Of a stretch of 64,000 bases of DNA, positions 1-9,819 are shown piece by piece (position 1 is the stretch's first letter; each line of letters begins with the position of its first letter). The position numbers were made by a program, and so were the translations under genes. The stretch spans positions 32,001 to 96,000 of IMG/VR virus record IMGVR_UViG_3300035698_018653; one strand, given 5' to 3'. Below the pieces are notes generated by a model. That model ran no database searches. It was not told where the DNA came from and saw only the letters and a list, made by a program, of their open reading frames with translations. This DNA is from a virus.

Positions 1-1
1 T

Positions 2-328
2 GGAATTTCTGCTGGTGGGGTAACACCTTACTATGGGCTGGCCAGGGACACCTCTAAGGAGCACGCTAAGAGAAGAAAAAGAGAGGACTTTGACTTTATA
101 GTACAGGGTCATCTACATCACTTCGGAGTAGTTGAAGAGGAAAGGATTCTCTGTCCTTCGATGATTGGGGCAAATCAGTTCTCATCTTATAAGCTTCATA
201 TGATCTCTGACCCTGCGCAGCTTCTGATGCTTGTAAACGAAAAGCATAAGATTGGAAGCTTCCACCCTATCTTTTTAGATAAAGCAAATCATAATGATTT
301 TAATACTACGCACGCATGGGCAGAATAA
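2..328 (+). CDS. Partial (5'-truncated) calcineurin-like metallophosphoesterase, C-terminal part
   Basis: Open frame from base 2 to TAA at 326-328, absent from the ORF track; translation contains DFIVQGHLHH (GHxH motif) followed by CPSMIG. Confidence 0.6.
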   Translation, partial: GISAGGVTPYYGLARDTSKEHAKRRKREDFDFIVQGHLHHFGVVEEERILCPSMIGANQFSSYKLHMISDPAQLLMLVNEKHKIGSFHPIFLDKANHNDFNTTHAWAE

Positions 329-333
329 TATTT

Positions 334-362
334 TTCACTATAGTTAAAGGTTCGTATATTAT
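334..362 (+). promoter_or_regulatory. Putative phage promoter TTCACT-N17-TATTAT containing the CGTATATTAT motif
   Basis: Intergenic, upstream of the ORF at 381; the same 10-mer recurs at four other intergenic sites. Confidence 0.6.
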
Positions 363-380
363 CTAAAAGGGATAATTATT

Positions 381-842
381 ATGGGTAAGACAATTAAGCA
401 GAAATTTTTTTGGGATTGTACGGTGGCCTCTTGTTCTATGGCGCTTAATGCCGATTATAAAAAGACTTTTCAGGATATGGTAAATATTATAAATGAAAAT
501 CCACCTTATGATGATTTACAACTTGCTCAATATTTTGCTTTTAAAGGTTATTTCTACGGATTGTATTTTTCCCCTAAAGACGGAGAGAAAAAATATTTTG
601 ATATGAAGAAGTATATTAAGAGAAATAAGATAACTATTTCTTTTAGCGTAGACCAGCCCGCACTACTAACCGTAAAGTCAAAGCATTACAAAGATGATTA
701 TCATAGTGTCTATTGGGACGGAAAAGTTGTTCGTGATCCGTCGCAGAACTTCCAGGATGAACAATCATTAGATAACTATAAGATAATTGATTGGACACCT
801 ATAATTGAGGTTGAAGTTGAAGACGCTAAAATGGAGGACTGA
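381..842 (+). CDS. Papain-fold (C39-like) cysteine peptidase domain protein
   Basis: Q-x5-C near the N-terminus (KQKFFWDC), HSVYWDG and DPS; paralog at 40888. Confidence 0.55.
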   Translation: MGKTIKQKFFWDCTVASCSMALNADYKKTFQDMVNIINENPPYDDLQLAQYFAFKGYFYGLYFSPKDGEKKYFDMKKYIKRNKITISFSVDQPALLTVKSKHYKDDYHSVYWDGKVVRDPSQNFQDEQSLDNYKIIDWTPIIEVEVEDAKMED

Positions 843-848
843 TTTAAT

Positions 849-1115
849 ATGATATTATGGCAAGATATTGTATTTACAGTTTGTAGTATTTCGTTTTCTT
901 ATGCATTAATACCTCAGGTATTGAAACACCACAAAGAAAAGAAGGTGGGGATAGCTTGGCAGACCGTGATAGTTACTCCGATATCTTTATGGGTTTATAA
1001 TATAACAGCTTATACTCTTGGGTTATATTTCTCTGCAATAGTTGGAGTAGTAAGTTCTGCTTGTTGGACTACATTTTTAATACAAAAATTATATTATGGT
1101 AACCAAGAAATTTAA
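849..1115 (+). CDS. PQ-loop / SemiSWEET-like small membrane transporter
   Basis: 88 aa, three hydrophobic segments, ALIPQVLK PQ motif after the first TM. Confidence 0.7.
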   Translation: MILWQDIVFTVCSISFSYALIPQVLKHHKEKKVGIAWQTVIVTPISLWVYNITAYTLGLYFSAIVGVVSSACWTTFLIQKLYYGNQEI

Positions 1116-1156
1116 TAGTAACCAATAGATAGTCACAATAAAATTTAGAGGTTAAT

Positions 1157-1810
1157 ATGAGACCAGGATTCGATGTTGACGGAGTACTTGCTAATTTCTC
1201 AGAGGGTAATAGAAAGCTCTTTGAAAGTTATTATAAAATAAAGCTTCCAGATAAGTTATATGATAAAAAGACCGGCAGAGCAAAAGAGTGGTATTGGAAT
1301 ATGGTTGATCCTTTATACTCTAAGGAACTCGAAACAGAAAACCTTACAAGAGTGATACCGGGGCAGTATAGATTTTGGTGGAGCTTAAGGCCATTTTATG
1401 ATCTTGTAAAGAATAGAAAATTATTTGATAAGGTGGTTAGGAAAGTAAAGGATGTTTATTTTATATCCAATAGGATAGAGAATCCAACCTTGATCGATAC
1501 AAGAAATCAAACAGCTCTCTGGCTTTATAGCAATACAGGAGAGTCATACAGCTTCTATCAAGACAGAACTATTATAACCAAGAATAAAGTGCTTGTTGCA
1601 AAGCTTCTAAAGCTCGATTGTTACATAGAAGATAACTATAAGAATTTTGATAAGTTTAATAAAGCAGGGATAAAGTGTTTTCTTTTAAAGACTCCGTATA
1701 ATGAAAAGGAAAGAAATAGATTTAATCAATGGCCGCATTTATGGATAGATTCGATTTCTGAATATCTTAACTATATATTAAAATGCAAGGAGAATGATAA
1801 TGAAGCGTGA
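1157..1810 (+). CDS. HAD-family 5'(3')-deoxyribonucleotidase-like protein
   Basis: DVDGVL motif I, ISNR motif II, YIED motif IV, PYN near the C-terminus. Confidence 0.75.
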   Translation: MRPGFDVDGVLANFSEGNRKLFESYYKIKLPDKLYDKKTGRAKEWYWNMVDPLYSKELETENLTRVIPGQYRFWWSLRPFYDLVKNRKLFDKVVRKVKDVYFISNRIENPTLIDTRNQTALWLYSNTGESYSFYQDRTIITKNKVLVAKLLKLDCYIEDNYKNFDKFNKAGIKCFLLKTPYNEKERNRFNQWPHLWIDSISEYLNYILKCKENDNEA

Positions 1811-2126
1811 GAATTTTGAAATGTTTATTGATAAGGAGATGATACCCCTCTGCCTCAGAATACTAAAGGTAAAGGGAAAATCATATTCGGGTGACGAGGA
1901 TGCTTTTAAAAACTTTAAGGAAACCGCCAAGGAAGCCGGTATAACAGTTGAGCAATCGTGGCTTACACAGTATCTTAAGCATTACAACGCCATACGGTCG
2001 TTTTTAAACGATGAATATACCGATAGCGAACCTATTAAGCTGAGAATAGCGGACGCCATAAACTACCTCCTAATGCTTTCAGGCATACTGCGGGAACAAG
2101 GAAAGATAAAGGGAGAGATGAAGTGA
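1794..2126 (+). CDS. DUF1599 / Nmad1-like all-alpha nucleotide pyrophosphatase-related protein
   Basis: KGKSY...DAFKNF...KH...EPIKLRIADAINY pattern. Confidence 0.6.
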   Translation: MIMKRENFEMFIDKEMIPLCLRILKVKGKSYSGDEDAFKNFKETAKEAGITVEQSWLTQYLKHYNAIRSFLNDEYTDSEPIKLRIADAINYLLMLSGILREQGKIKGEMK

Positions 2127-2866
2127 TACCTGAAAATCTAATAGTTAGTTTTCAGAAGGCAGGACGTACGTTTTTGCGTACGCTTATTGGCAAGGTAATT
2201 GTAGATTCATATGATATAAATTTACCGGACAATAAAAAACACAGAATTTTGGAGATAGAAAAGTTAAACGAAATGAACAGTAAAGTTCCATCTATTAAAT
2301 TTATTCATTGGGACTTAACAAAAATGTGCACTAAAGAAACAAATATAATGATAATGACCAGGGATATAAGGGACTTGGTTGTATCGAATTATTTTGCAAT
2401 CAAGTACTGGGGCATAAAGAGAGAGGAAAGTATATCAGAACATATGAAAAAGACAAAAGGCAAAGCCAGCCCCATGGTTATAGTGAAATATTATAATAAT
2501 TATCTTTCATATAGCAATAAGTGTGAGAAAAGAGGTATAATAAGATATGAAGATCTAAATTTAAAAACAAATAAGACTATAAAGAGAGTATTAAACTTTT
2601 TTAATGTAGAATATACAGAGAAAGCGATAACAGAAGCTATTGAGTTTTGTAAGTTTGAGAATATGAGAAAGATGGAAGAGGAAAATTATTTTCATTCTCC
2701 CAGGATGATGCCGAGTAATCCGGCAGATAAGACATCTCTGAAAACAAGAAAAGGAAAGGTACATGGATTCAAAGAGTATTTAAGTGATAACGATACAGAT
2801 TATATAATGGATATATTACATAAGAACGGAAGTGACGAAACAAAGAAATATTTGGAATGGAGATAA
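2123..2866 (+). CDS. PAPS-dependent sulfotransferase
   Basis: 5'-PSB SFQKAGRTFL, 3'-PB RDIRDLVVSNY, IRYEDL, C-terminal RKGKVHG. Confidence 0.85.
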   Translation: MIPENLIVSFQKAGRTFLRTLIGKVIVDSYDINLPDNKKHRILEIEKLNEMNSKVPSIKFIHWDLTKMCTKETNIMIMTRDIRDLVVSNYFAIKYWGIKREESISEHMKKTKGKASPMVIVKYYNNYLSYSNKCEKRGIIRYEDLNLKTNKTIKRVLNFFNVEYTEKAITEAIEFCKFENMRKMEEENYFHSPRMMPSNPADKTSLKTRKGKVHGFKEYLSDNDTDYIMDILHKNGSDETKKYLEWR

Positions 2867-3345
2867 AAGATAAACCATTTATGCTTAGTAGTGCTATTAA
2901 GCATTTTGAAAGTATATTAAATAAGAAGCAATATGTTCTTGAGTTTGGTGGTGGTTCGTCAACTATCTGGCTTGCTAAAAGGGTAAATAAAGTAATATCT
3001 TTAGAGAATGATTTAAGATGGCAACACGCAATAAAAGAACAGGCGAGAGACGAAGAGGTAAACAATATTGATTTATACTATTATAATGTAATTGAATATC
3101 TTTCTAATTTAAGAACAAGTTTTGATATAATATTTGTAGATGGAAAAAGTAACAGGCGCCCCGAGTTTATATCTGAATCATACATGCTGTTAAGCGCTGG
3201 AGGGTACATGATATTAGACGATTCCGAGAGAGATAGGTATAAGAGCGCCATAGTCTTTCTGGACAACTTAGGCTGGACCAAAGAGGCAATAGGGAAACGA
3301 GGTAAAGCAAAACAAACTACTTTCTGGAGAAAGAATGGCAATTAG
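2857..3345 (+). CDS. Class I SAM-dependent methyltransferase
   Basis: VLEFGGGSST, DIIFVDG, GGYMILDD. Confidence 0.85.
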   Translation: MEIKDKPFMLSSAIKHFESILNKKQYVLEFGGGSSTIWLAKRVNKVISLENDLRWQHAIKEQARDEEVNNIDLYYYNVIEYLSNLRTSFDIIFVDGKSNRRPEFISESYMLLSAGGYMILDDSERDRYKSAIVFLDNLGWTKEAIGKRGKAKQTTFWRKNGN

Positions 3346-3964
3346 AAAAGATACAATTGATTTGATTTATAGGGCCATAGGATTAACAGATAAAAAGTTT
3401 AAAGATATTTCTATCTGTGAATTAGGAAATCAAAATATAAGACATATAGAAAATCTTGATTATCCACATAAAACTGTTCAGTTTCCCGAGTATAGCAAAA
3501 GATATTTTGAGAGATTAGGAATAGGAAAGGTAACTTCAATAGATTGGAATGGGAAAGATGGAGCATTAAAATGTGATTTATCAAAACCCTTAAAAATAGA
3601 GAGAGGGTTTGATATAATAACTAATTACGGAACCTCAGAGCATATATCAAATCAGTATGATGTATTTAATAATATACATAATCTAATTGGGTTTGATAGT
3701 TTCATGGTTCATTGTCTGCCTGGCAAAAGTAATGTTTGGAAAAGACATGGTTATTTTTATTATTCAACAGAATTTTTTGAGCACCTAGCAAACGCAATGG
3801 AGTATGAGATTGTTATAAATGAAGTCAGGAGAATTAAATCTTGTATATGCGTTTTGCTAATTAAAAAATATCATTCTCAATTTATGAATAGAGAAAAATT
3901 TAATTTACTATTTAGTACACATACAGAATTAAATGAAAAAGGAAAGAAAAAATGGAAGCTGTAA
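3335..3964 (+). CDS. SAM-dependent methyltransferase-like protein
   Basis: ICELGNQ, SIDWNG, FDIITNYGTSEH. Confidence 0.65.
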   Translation: MAIRKDTIDLIYRAIGLTDKKFKDISICELGNQNIRHIENLDYPHKTVQFPEYSKRYFERLGIGKVTSIDWNGKDGALKCDLSKPLKIERGFDIITNYGTSEHISNQYDVFNNIHNLIGFDSFMVHCLPGKSNVWKRHGYFYYSTEFFEHLANAMEYEIVINEVRRIKSCICVLLIKKYHSQFMNREKFNLLFSTHTELNEKGKKKWKL

Positions 3965-5169
3965 AATTTGTTAAGGTAGAAAATCCAGAGGAAGGAATAA
4001 AATTACTATTAGATGAGACGGGTAGCTGGCTAGATGAGCTATGTGAAAAGTATGAGAATGTAGAATGGCAAGGAGGACACGATGAAGCAAATTTTTTAAC
4101 AAGTTTTAAAGATTATTATGAGATAACAAAATCAAGTAAAGTATTGGATTTAGCAACTAAGTTTTTTCTTGCTTGGAGAAATTCAGAAGAAATGGATTTT
4201 GAAATAAAAGATATTCATCACGATACAGAGCACTATAGTATTTTTCTTAAATGGTATTATGATATAAGTAAAGATGATTTAGCAAAAGATATTTTAATTA
4301 GATATGCAGAATTTATAATGGAAAATTTTAACGAGAAATTTGGGAGTAATTCTAGCGAATGTGTTAGGTTAATAAAATGTGTTTTAAATGCTTACGAAGT
4401 AACAGAAGATAGAAAATATTATGAATGGGCAAATGAAAAATTACAAGCATATTTTTCTCATTTAGACAACGATATAATTTATTTAAATGAAATAGAAAAA
4501 TATATTGCAGATGGATTAGTAAATACAATGTTTAATGACTATAAAACAACTGGATTGAAATATAAAGAGACAATAAAAAAAATAATTAATCCTTTAATGT
4601 TTGAATTAGATAATTTTTATGCAAATGTAGCAGGGTATTTTATTTTAAAATATATAAAAAAATATAGCTGGAATTTTGAATTATCTAATTCAGTATATGG
4701 AATGATATTAGAGCAATTAGATAATATTAATTTTGGTGATTTAAGTGATTATGAGATGAAGTATGGCAATGAATTATATTTTCATTCTCAAACTGGAATG
4801 AATTTTATTACTTGGGGAAAGCTAGGAAATAGAAAGAAAATGAAATATACTGCTATATATAAAATAGAAGAGAAAAGTAAAGCATGGTTTGATCATTATC
4901 CTAGTGTAGGTGCTTTGATGCTTGGGCATTATATTTCTAAAGATGATAAATATTTAAACAATGCTCTTTCCATAGCTCTAACAAAACTAAAGTTATTTAG
5001 AATAAATAAAATGGATGATGGAAGAACCTCAGCTTGTAGTGCAAATACAATATCTACTGTTTTCAGAGGACACGGCCGAAGTGATGGAATAGGGGATATA
5101 AGTTGTATACTTTCAGATACTGGTGTAAGAAATATAATAAGTAAAGAATTTCAGAAACTAGGAGAATAA
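3952..5169 (+). CDS. Alpha/alpha-barrel protein (six-hairpin glycosidase or epimerase-like)
   Basis: Repeated helical-hairpin signatures YEVTEDRKYYEWA and YISKDDKYLNNA; lies inside the glycan cluster. Confidence 0.4.
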   Translation: MEAVKFVKVENPEEGIKLLLDETGSWLDELCEKYENVEWQGGHDEANFLTSFKDYYEITKSSKVLDLATKFFLAWRNSEEMDFEIKDIHHDTEHYSIFLKWYYDISKDDLAKDILIRYAEFIMENFNEKFGSNSSECVRLIKCVLNAYEVTEDRKYYEWANEKLQAYFSHLDNDIIYLNEIEKYIADGLVNTMFNDYKTTGLKYKETIKKIINPLMFELDNFYANVAGYFILKYIKKYSWNFELSNSVYGMILEQLDNINFGDLSDYEMKYGNELYFHSQTGMNFITWGKLGNRKKMKYTAIYKIEEKSKAWFDHYPSVGALMLGHYISKDDKYLNNALSIALTKLKLFRINKMDDGRTSACSANTISTVFRGHGRSDGIGDISCILSDTGVRNIISKEFQKLGE

Positions 5170-5982
5170 ATGAAAGTGTCAGTAATTATTCCAACATATA
5201 ATAGGCCAGAACTACTTCACAATACCCTCTTGTCTATTTATAATCAAAAAGATAAAGGTGATTATGAAGTAATAGTTCTCATTGACGACGATGACATGTA
5301 TATTAGAAACGCTACAAATGGTACTGTTATTAATTTTATGCTTATTTCAAAATTAAATATAAAAAATTATAACACCTATCTGTATAAAAAGAAAGGGTGG
5401 AGTGTAGAGACTTATCCCGTTAATGTAGGAATACAGAAATCAACAGGTGATATTATAATGCTTAATAGCGCCGATACTATGAGTATATCAAATACGATCA
5501 ATCAGCATAGAAAGTTGCATGAGGAATACGATAAAAAGATTGTAGTAAGCAGTGTATATGCTCAAAGGGAAGAATGTAAAGGAATGAAGCTAGATGAATA
5601 TAATACTTTATCCTTAAAGAAAAGTAGCAGGTGTATTTATTCTGGAATAGGGGTATTGAGCAAGAATGCAGAGATTCTTATAAGAAGAAGAAGATTATAT
5701 ACTTTTCAAATGAGTGTGAGGAAAAAATATCTAATGCAGATAGGTGGAATGGATGAAAGTATTACCGGTTTTTATTATGGTCGTGCAGGGGCAGACCGAG
5801 ATTTGGGCAATAGATTAAAGTTGATAGGGTTGAAACCTGTATTTAGTAAAGATATAATTGCAGTACATCAATATCATGAGTCAGCAACATCTGGGGCAGA
5901 AGCAGGGGAAAGAATGAAAGTAAATAATGATCCAGTAAGAAATAAAAATGTTAAATGGGGAGAGTATCCAAAAAATGTATAA
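5170..5982 (+). CDS. GT2-family glycosyltransferase
   Basis: VSVIIPTYNR, IDD, GGMDE, ADRDLG, HQYH. Confidence 0.85.
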   Translation: MKVSVIIPTYNRPELLHNTLLSIYNQKDKGDYEVIVLIDDDDMYIRNATNGTVINFMLISKLNIKNYNTYLYKKKGWSVETYPVNVGIQKSTGDIIMLNSADTMSISNTINQHRKLHEEYDKKIVVSSVYAQREECKGMKLDEYNTLSLKKSSRCIYSGIGVLSKNAEILIRRRRLYTFQMSVRKKYLMQIGGMDESITGFYYGRAGADRDLGNRLKLIGLKPVFSKDIIAVHQYHESATSGAEAGERMKVNNDPVRNKNVKWGEYPKNV

Positions 5983-6706
5983 CGAAAAACTATATGACAA
6001 TATAAATTACTTTATTGGTAAGCCTCAAAGTAAAGAGCAAAGACCCTGGGGGCATGGACAATTAAGATACGGAACACAATGCTGCGCTATTGGATATGCA
6101 TTAGGGTATCCTGATTTTGAAAGCGTAAGAGATATTTTAGGGTTTAAAAATAAAGGAAAGGGTATTAAACCAATAGTAGGAGCAAATAAACAAATTGAAA
6201 GATTATGTATGAATAGCAAATATTGTAATAGATTTCCAAATGGTGTTTTGGAAATCGGCGCAGGAAGAGGTGAAATCTCTGTATCAATTGCTTCAAAATG
6301 TTGTAATGTATATTCAATAGAACCAAATGAAAATGCCCTAATATTAGCTTATGATACGAGACAAATTTTTAAAATAGACCTTTATCATCTTGAAAAATAT
6401 TATAATTTAATAAATAAAGATTTAGCCAATGCATTAAAGTATATTGAATGGGATAAAATAGATACAATCATAATGGATGAAACAATAGAACATATTACAG
6501 AAGATGATTTTGAATATTTTCTTTTAGAAGTAAGAAGGAATTTTAAAGGATTGTTTATTATAACAAATTGGATAGATGCACACCCAATAGAATTAAAAGG
6601 TGATTTTCATATAAGAAAAATTGACGATGGCGTATATGATAGACTTTGTAAATATGGTAAAACAATTTATAGGAATGGAAGTCATCTAGTGGTGGAGTAC
6701 AAATGA
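5948..6706 (+). CDS. Class I SAM-dependent methyltransferase
   Basis: VLEIGAGRG, IEP, ETIEHI. Confidence 0.8.
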   Translation: MLNGESIQKMYNEKLYDNINYFIGKPQSKEQRPWGHGQLRYGTQCCAIGYALGYPDFESVRDILGFKNKGKGIKPIVGANKQIERLCMNSKYCNRFPNGVLEIGAGRGEISVSIASKCCNVYSIEPNENALILAYDTRQIFKIDLYHLEKYYNLINKDLANALKYIEWDKIDTIIMDETIEHITEDDFEYFLLEVRRNFKGLFIITNWIDAHPIELKGDFHIRKIDDGVYDRLCKYGKTIYRNGSHLVVEYK

Positions 6707-8109
6707 TAAGAAAAATATTTGATTTAAATAATCTAAAAGAATGTCAAGAAGTCGAAGGGATAACAGATCTTCTCTTTAAAGATAACCTAAACATAAAAGA
6801 TATAGAGAAGTCAAGGGGCGAGTTTGCAGGTTATTTTGTAAAGAACAATAAAGTATATCTATTTAGAGATAGAGTTGGTGCAAGAAATATTTATTATCGT
6901 TTAATAAAAAACAAGCTGTATGTTTCGACAGACATATGGTGGATAGCAAAACAAATTAAAGCAAAGATAAATGACCTGTATTTATCTTACGAGTATTTTG
7001 AATATCAGGTTCCATTCGGCGCAGCTACAGTTTATGAAGGTATTTTTAAAATTATGCCATCGATTATTAAAAGTTTTTATATTGATGGTGTTGATGAACA
7101 TAGATATTGGAGACTTGATTTTTGGGGAGAATGTGGAGAAGAGTTTAATTCGGGTAGCTTAAATATGATAATTGATGATGCAGTTAGATTTAGAAGAGGT
7201 ATTTTAGCAAGATTGGGGAAAAATTATACTTCATATTTAAGCGGTGGAATAGATTCTAGTTGTGTAACAGAATTATTAAATCCAGAAGAAAGTTTTTCGG
7301 GTATCTATAAAGACGAAGAGTATTCTGAAAAGAGTTTTATAAAAGCATTAAAAAGAAAAACAAATTATGTTGATATTACAGAAAAGGTATTTAAAAATTT
7401 TCTAAAAGATATTTCTAAAATAATGCCTGATCCAATGTGTGGACTAGGTGTTATTTCTCAAGCTATGGTTGCTTGTAAAGCAATGAGTAAGGGATATAAT
7501 TATGCTTTTACGGGAGAAGGTGGGGATGAAATTTTTGGTGGTTATATTTGGAATATGGTTGGAAGTAAATTAGATGAATATTTATTTTTATTAAATGACA
7601 ATAAATATTTTATAAGATATGAAAAAACATTGGAAAAATTTAATAAAGAATTGTTACCGTATTTTGTAGCTATAAGTTTAAATCGGGGAGCAAAAAGACA
7701 TATAGATAATATTCTTGATAGATGGAATTATAAATTGTCTCCTGCAAATAATATGATGAAAATAGCAATTGAAGTTAGTTTACCCGCTATATTAACGGTA
7801 GACGAATGTGTTGGAAAATATACTAGCGTAATGCCTGTATCTCCATTAGTAGACCATAAAATAATTGAGTATGTTGCTTCTGTTGATGATAAAGAAAGAA
7901 ATATAATTCCAAAATATTTTTTAAGGCAATCAATGCAAGGGTGTTTACCAAGTAAGATAATAAATAGATATGATAAGATGGGATTTCCAGTGCCTCACGA
8001 AAAGTGGGATTGGAGCGAGTTTGGATATGACAATATGAGAAGGGAAACGTGGGCCGAATTAAATATAAAAATGTTAAAGGAGAGATTAAATGAACCAGGA
8101 ATTTCTTGA
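6703..8109 (+). CDS. Asparagine-synthase-like amidotransferase with truncated glutaminase domain
   Basis: GEFAG/RDRVGAR remnant, LSGGIDSS PP-loop, TGEGGDEIFGGY, SPLVD, KMGFPVP; no N-terminal Cys. Confidence 0.85.
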   Translation: MIRKIFDLNNLKECQEVEGITDLLFKDNLNIKDIEKSRGEFAGYFVKNNKVYLFRDRVGARNIYYRLIKNKLYVSTDIWWIAKQIKAKINDLYLSYEYFEYQVPFGAATVYEGIFKIMPSIIKSFYIDGVDEHRYWRLDFWGECGEEFNSGSLNMIIDDAVRFRRGILARLGKNYTSYLSGGIDSSCVTELLNPEESFSGIYKDEEYSEKSFIKALKRKTNYVDITEKVFKNFLKDISKIMPDPMCGLGVISQAMVACKAMSKGYNYAFTGEGGDEIFGGYIWNMVGSKLDEYLFLLNDNKYFIRYEKTLEKFNKELLPYFVAISLNRGAKRHIDNILDRWNYKLSPANNMMKIAIEVSLPAILTVDECVGKYTSVMPVSPLVDHKIIEYVASVDDKERNIIPKYFLRQSMQGCLPSKIINRYDKMGFPVPHEKWDWSEFGYDNMRRETWAELNIKMLKERLNEPGIS

Positions 8110-8893
8110 TAAATATTGTAATTGGAATGGATTAAAAACAATATTTTTAACCTTTGATATAGATTGGGCACCAGACTATATGATAGAAAATGTAGTAAAA
8201 ATATTAAGCGAGTTTCCAGAGATAAAAGCAACATTTTTTATTACTCATTATGAACAAATATTACAAGAAATATATAAGAAATATGAAATTGGTTCTCATA
8301 TAAATCTAGGCAATAAACATTCAAGTGAATATTTCGAGAAAGCAAAAGAATATTTTGATTATCAACATGGCAGAGATATTCTGAAATATACTGGAAATAG
8401 ATTTCATAAATTAAACTACTCTTATGGTGATTTAATTAAATTAAAAAATCTAAACTATCTTTATGATGCTTCTAATTTGAGATTTGGTTGTGAGTATCTT
8501 ATTCCAAATTTAATGATCGAGACAGAACTTGTTTTAATTCCTTATTTTTGGGAAGATGGAATTCATGAAAACATAAAGACAAGAAATATTTATTGGAGTA
8601 GAAATAATATATGGGAAGGCAAAGGGTTAAGGGTTTTAAATTTTCATCCATTGAATTTATATTTAAATAATTCTGACAGTGGGTTAAGAGTGCAATTTTT
8701 AAAGGACATTAAAGATTGTAATATTAATTTATTAGATTGCCCTAAAGAATTAGCAGATCAATACGTTAATAACGAAAGTGTAACACATAAGATGTGTGAT
8801 AATTTTAAAGAGTGGTTACAAAAGATAAGGGATGAAAAAATTAATACTTATACTTTAGGCGAATTAGCAAAAGCCTTTAAGGAGAGTATATGA
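8090..8893 (+). CDS. WbmS-like polysaccharide deacetylase/deformylase
   Basis: LTFDIDWAPD, ATFFITH, EIGSH, PYFWED, NFHP. Confidence 0.75.
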   Translation: MNQEFLDKYCNWNGLKTIFLTFDIDWAPDYMIENVVKILSEFPEIKATFFITHYEQILQEIYKKYEIGSHINLGNKHSSEYFEKAKEYFDYQHGRDILKYTGNRFHKLNYSYGDLIKLKNLNYLYDASNLRFGCEYLIPNLMIETELVLIPYFWEDGIHENIKTRNIYWSRNNIWEGKGLRVLNFHPLNLYLNNSDSGLRVQFLKDIKDCNINLLDCPKELADQYVNNESVTHKMCDNFKEWLQKIRDEKINTYTLGELAKAFKESI

Positions 8894-9819
8894 ATTTAGC
8901 GGTAGCCGGTAATCAGTGGATAACGAAGTATTTAATTGATAGGTTAATAGAAGTAAATTTAAAACCTAGCCTTATAATTAATTTAGATTCTAATTTTAAA
9001 AATATAAGTGGCTATTGTGATTTTTCAGACGGTAGCCCATATATATCTATTTATGACGAAATAAAATTGTATAGTCCAAAAAGTTATTCTTTAAAAAACG
9101 ATAAAGAATTATTATCTTGCGATATTGATATACTACTTGTCTTTGGTTGGCAAAGATTAATTCCCGAATGGCTAATAGATCACTGTAAGCTTGGAGCGTT
9201 TGGAGTACATGGATCAATTCATGAATTACCAGACGGAAGAGGTAGAGCTGTGTTTAATTGGACATTAATAAATGAATGCTATGATTATTATCATACTTTT
9301 AAAATGTATATGTTAAAGCTTAATAAAAATATTGATGATGGAGAAATAGTTGACAAAAGAGAATTTGATCTTTTAGAAACAGACAATATTAAAACCCTTT
9401 ATCATAAAAATTGTATCGTATCGAGTGATATGTTTATAGAGAATATCCCAAAGATAATTAATAGTACAGTAAAATACAAAGAACAGCCAAAAAGAAAAAA
9501 AGAAAAGACACTTTATTATGAAAAAAGAACACCGGAACAAAGTCAAATAAATTGGGAAAATTCTGCCCATTCAATACTTTATTTTATAAAAGCATTAACT
9601 GACCCTTACCCTAATGCTTTTAGTTATATAAAGGACAACATAATAAAAATAAAAAAAGCGTCAGGTTTTGATAGCAGAATAAAGTTTAAGGGTAATGTTG
9701 GTGAAGTTGTAGATGTATTTCCAGATGGAGAATTTTTAGTAATAACAGAAGAGTTCCCTATTTATATAGAAGAGTATAGTTATAATGGTAAAATTAAAAA
9801 AGGAGATGTATTAAGGTGA
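8890..9819 (+). CDS. Sugar N-formyltransferase (Fmt/ArnA-like)
   Basis: GWQRLIP, GVHGS..LPDGRGRA, DDGEI, PYPNAF C-terminal domain. Confidence 0.85.
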   Translation: MNLAVAGNQWITKYLIDRLIEVNLKPSLIINLDSNFKNISGYCDFSDGSPYISIYDEIKLYSPKSYSLKNDKELLSCDIDILLVFGWQRLIPEWLIDHCKLGAFGVHGSIHELPDGRGRAVFNWTLINECYDYYHTFKMYMLKLNKNIDDGEIVDKREFDLLETDNIKTLYHKNCIVSSDMFIENIPKIINSTVKYKEQPKRKKEKTLYYEKRTPEQSQINWENSAHSILYFIKALTDPYPNAFSYIKDNIIKIKKASGFDSRIKFKGNVGEVVDVFPDGEFLVITEEFPIYIEEYSYNGKIKKGDVLR

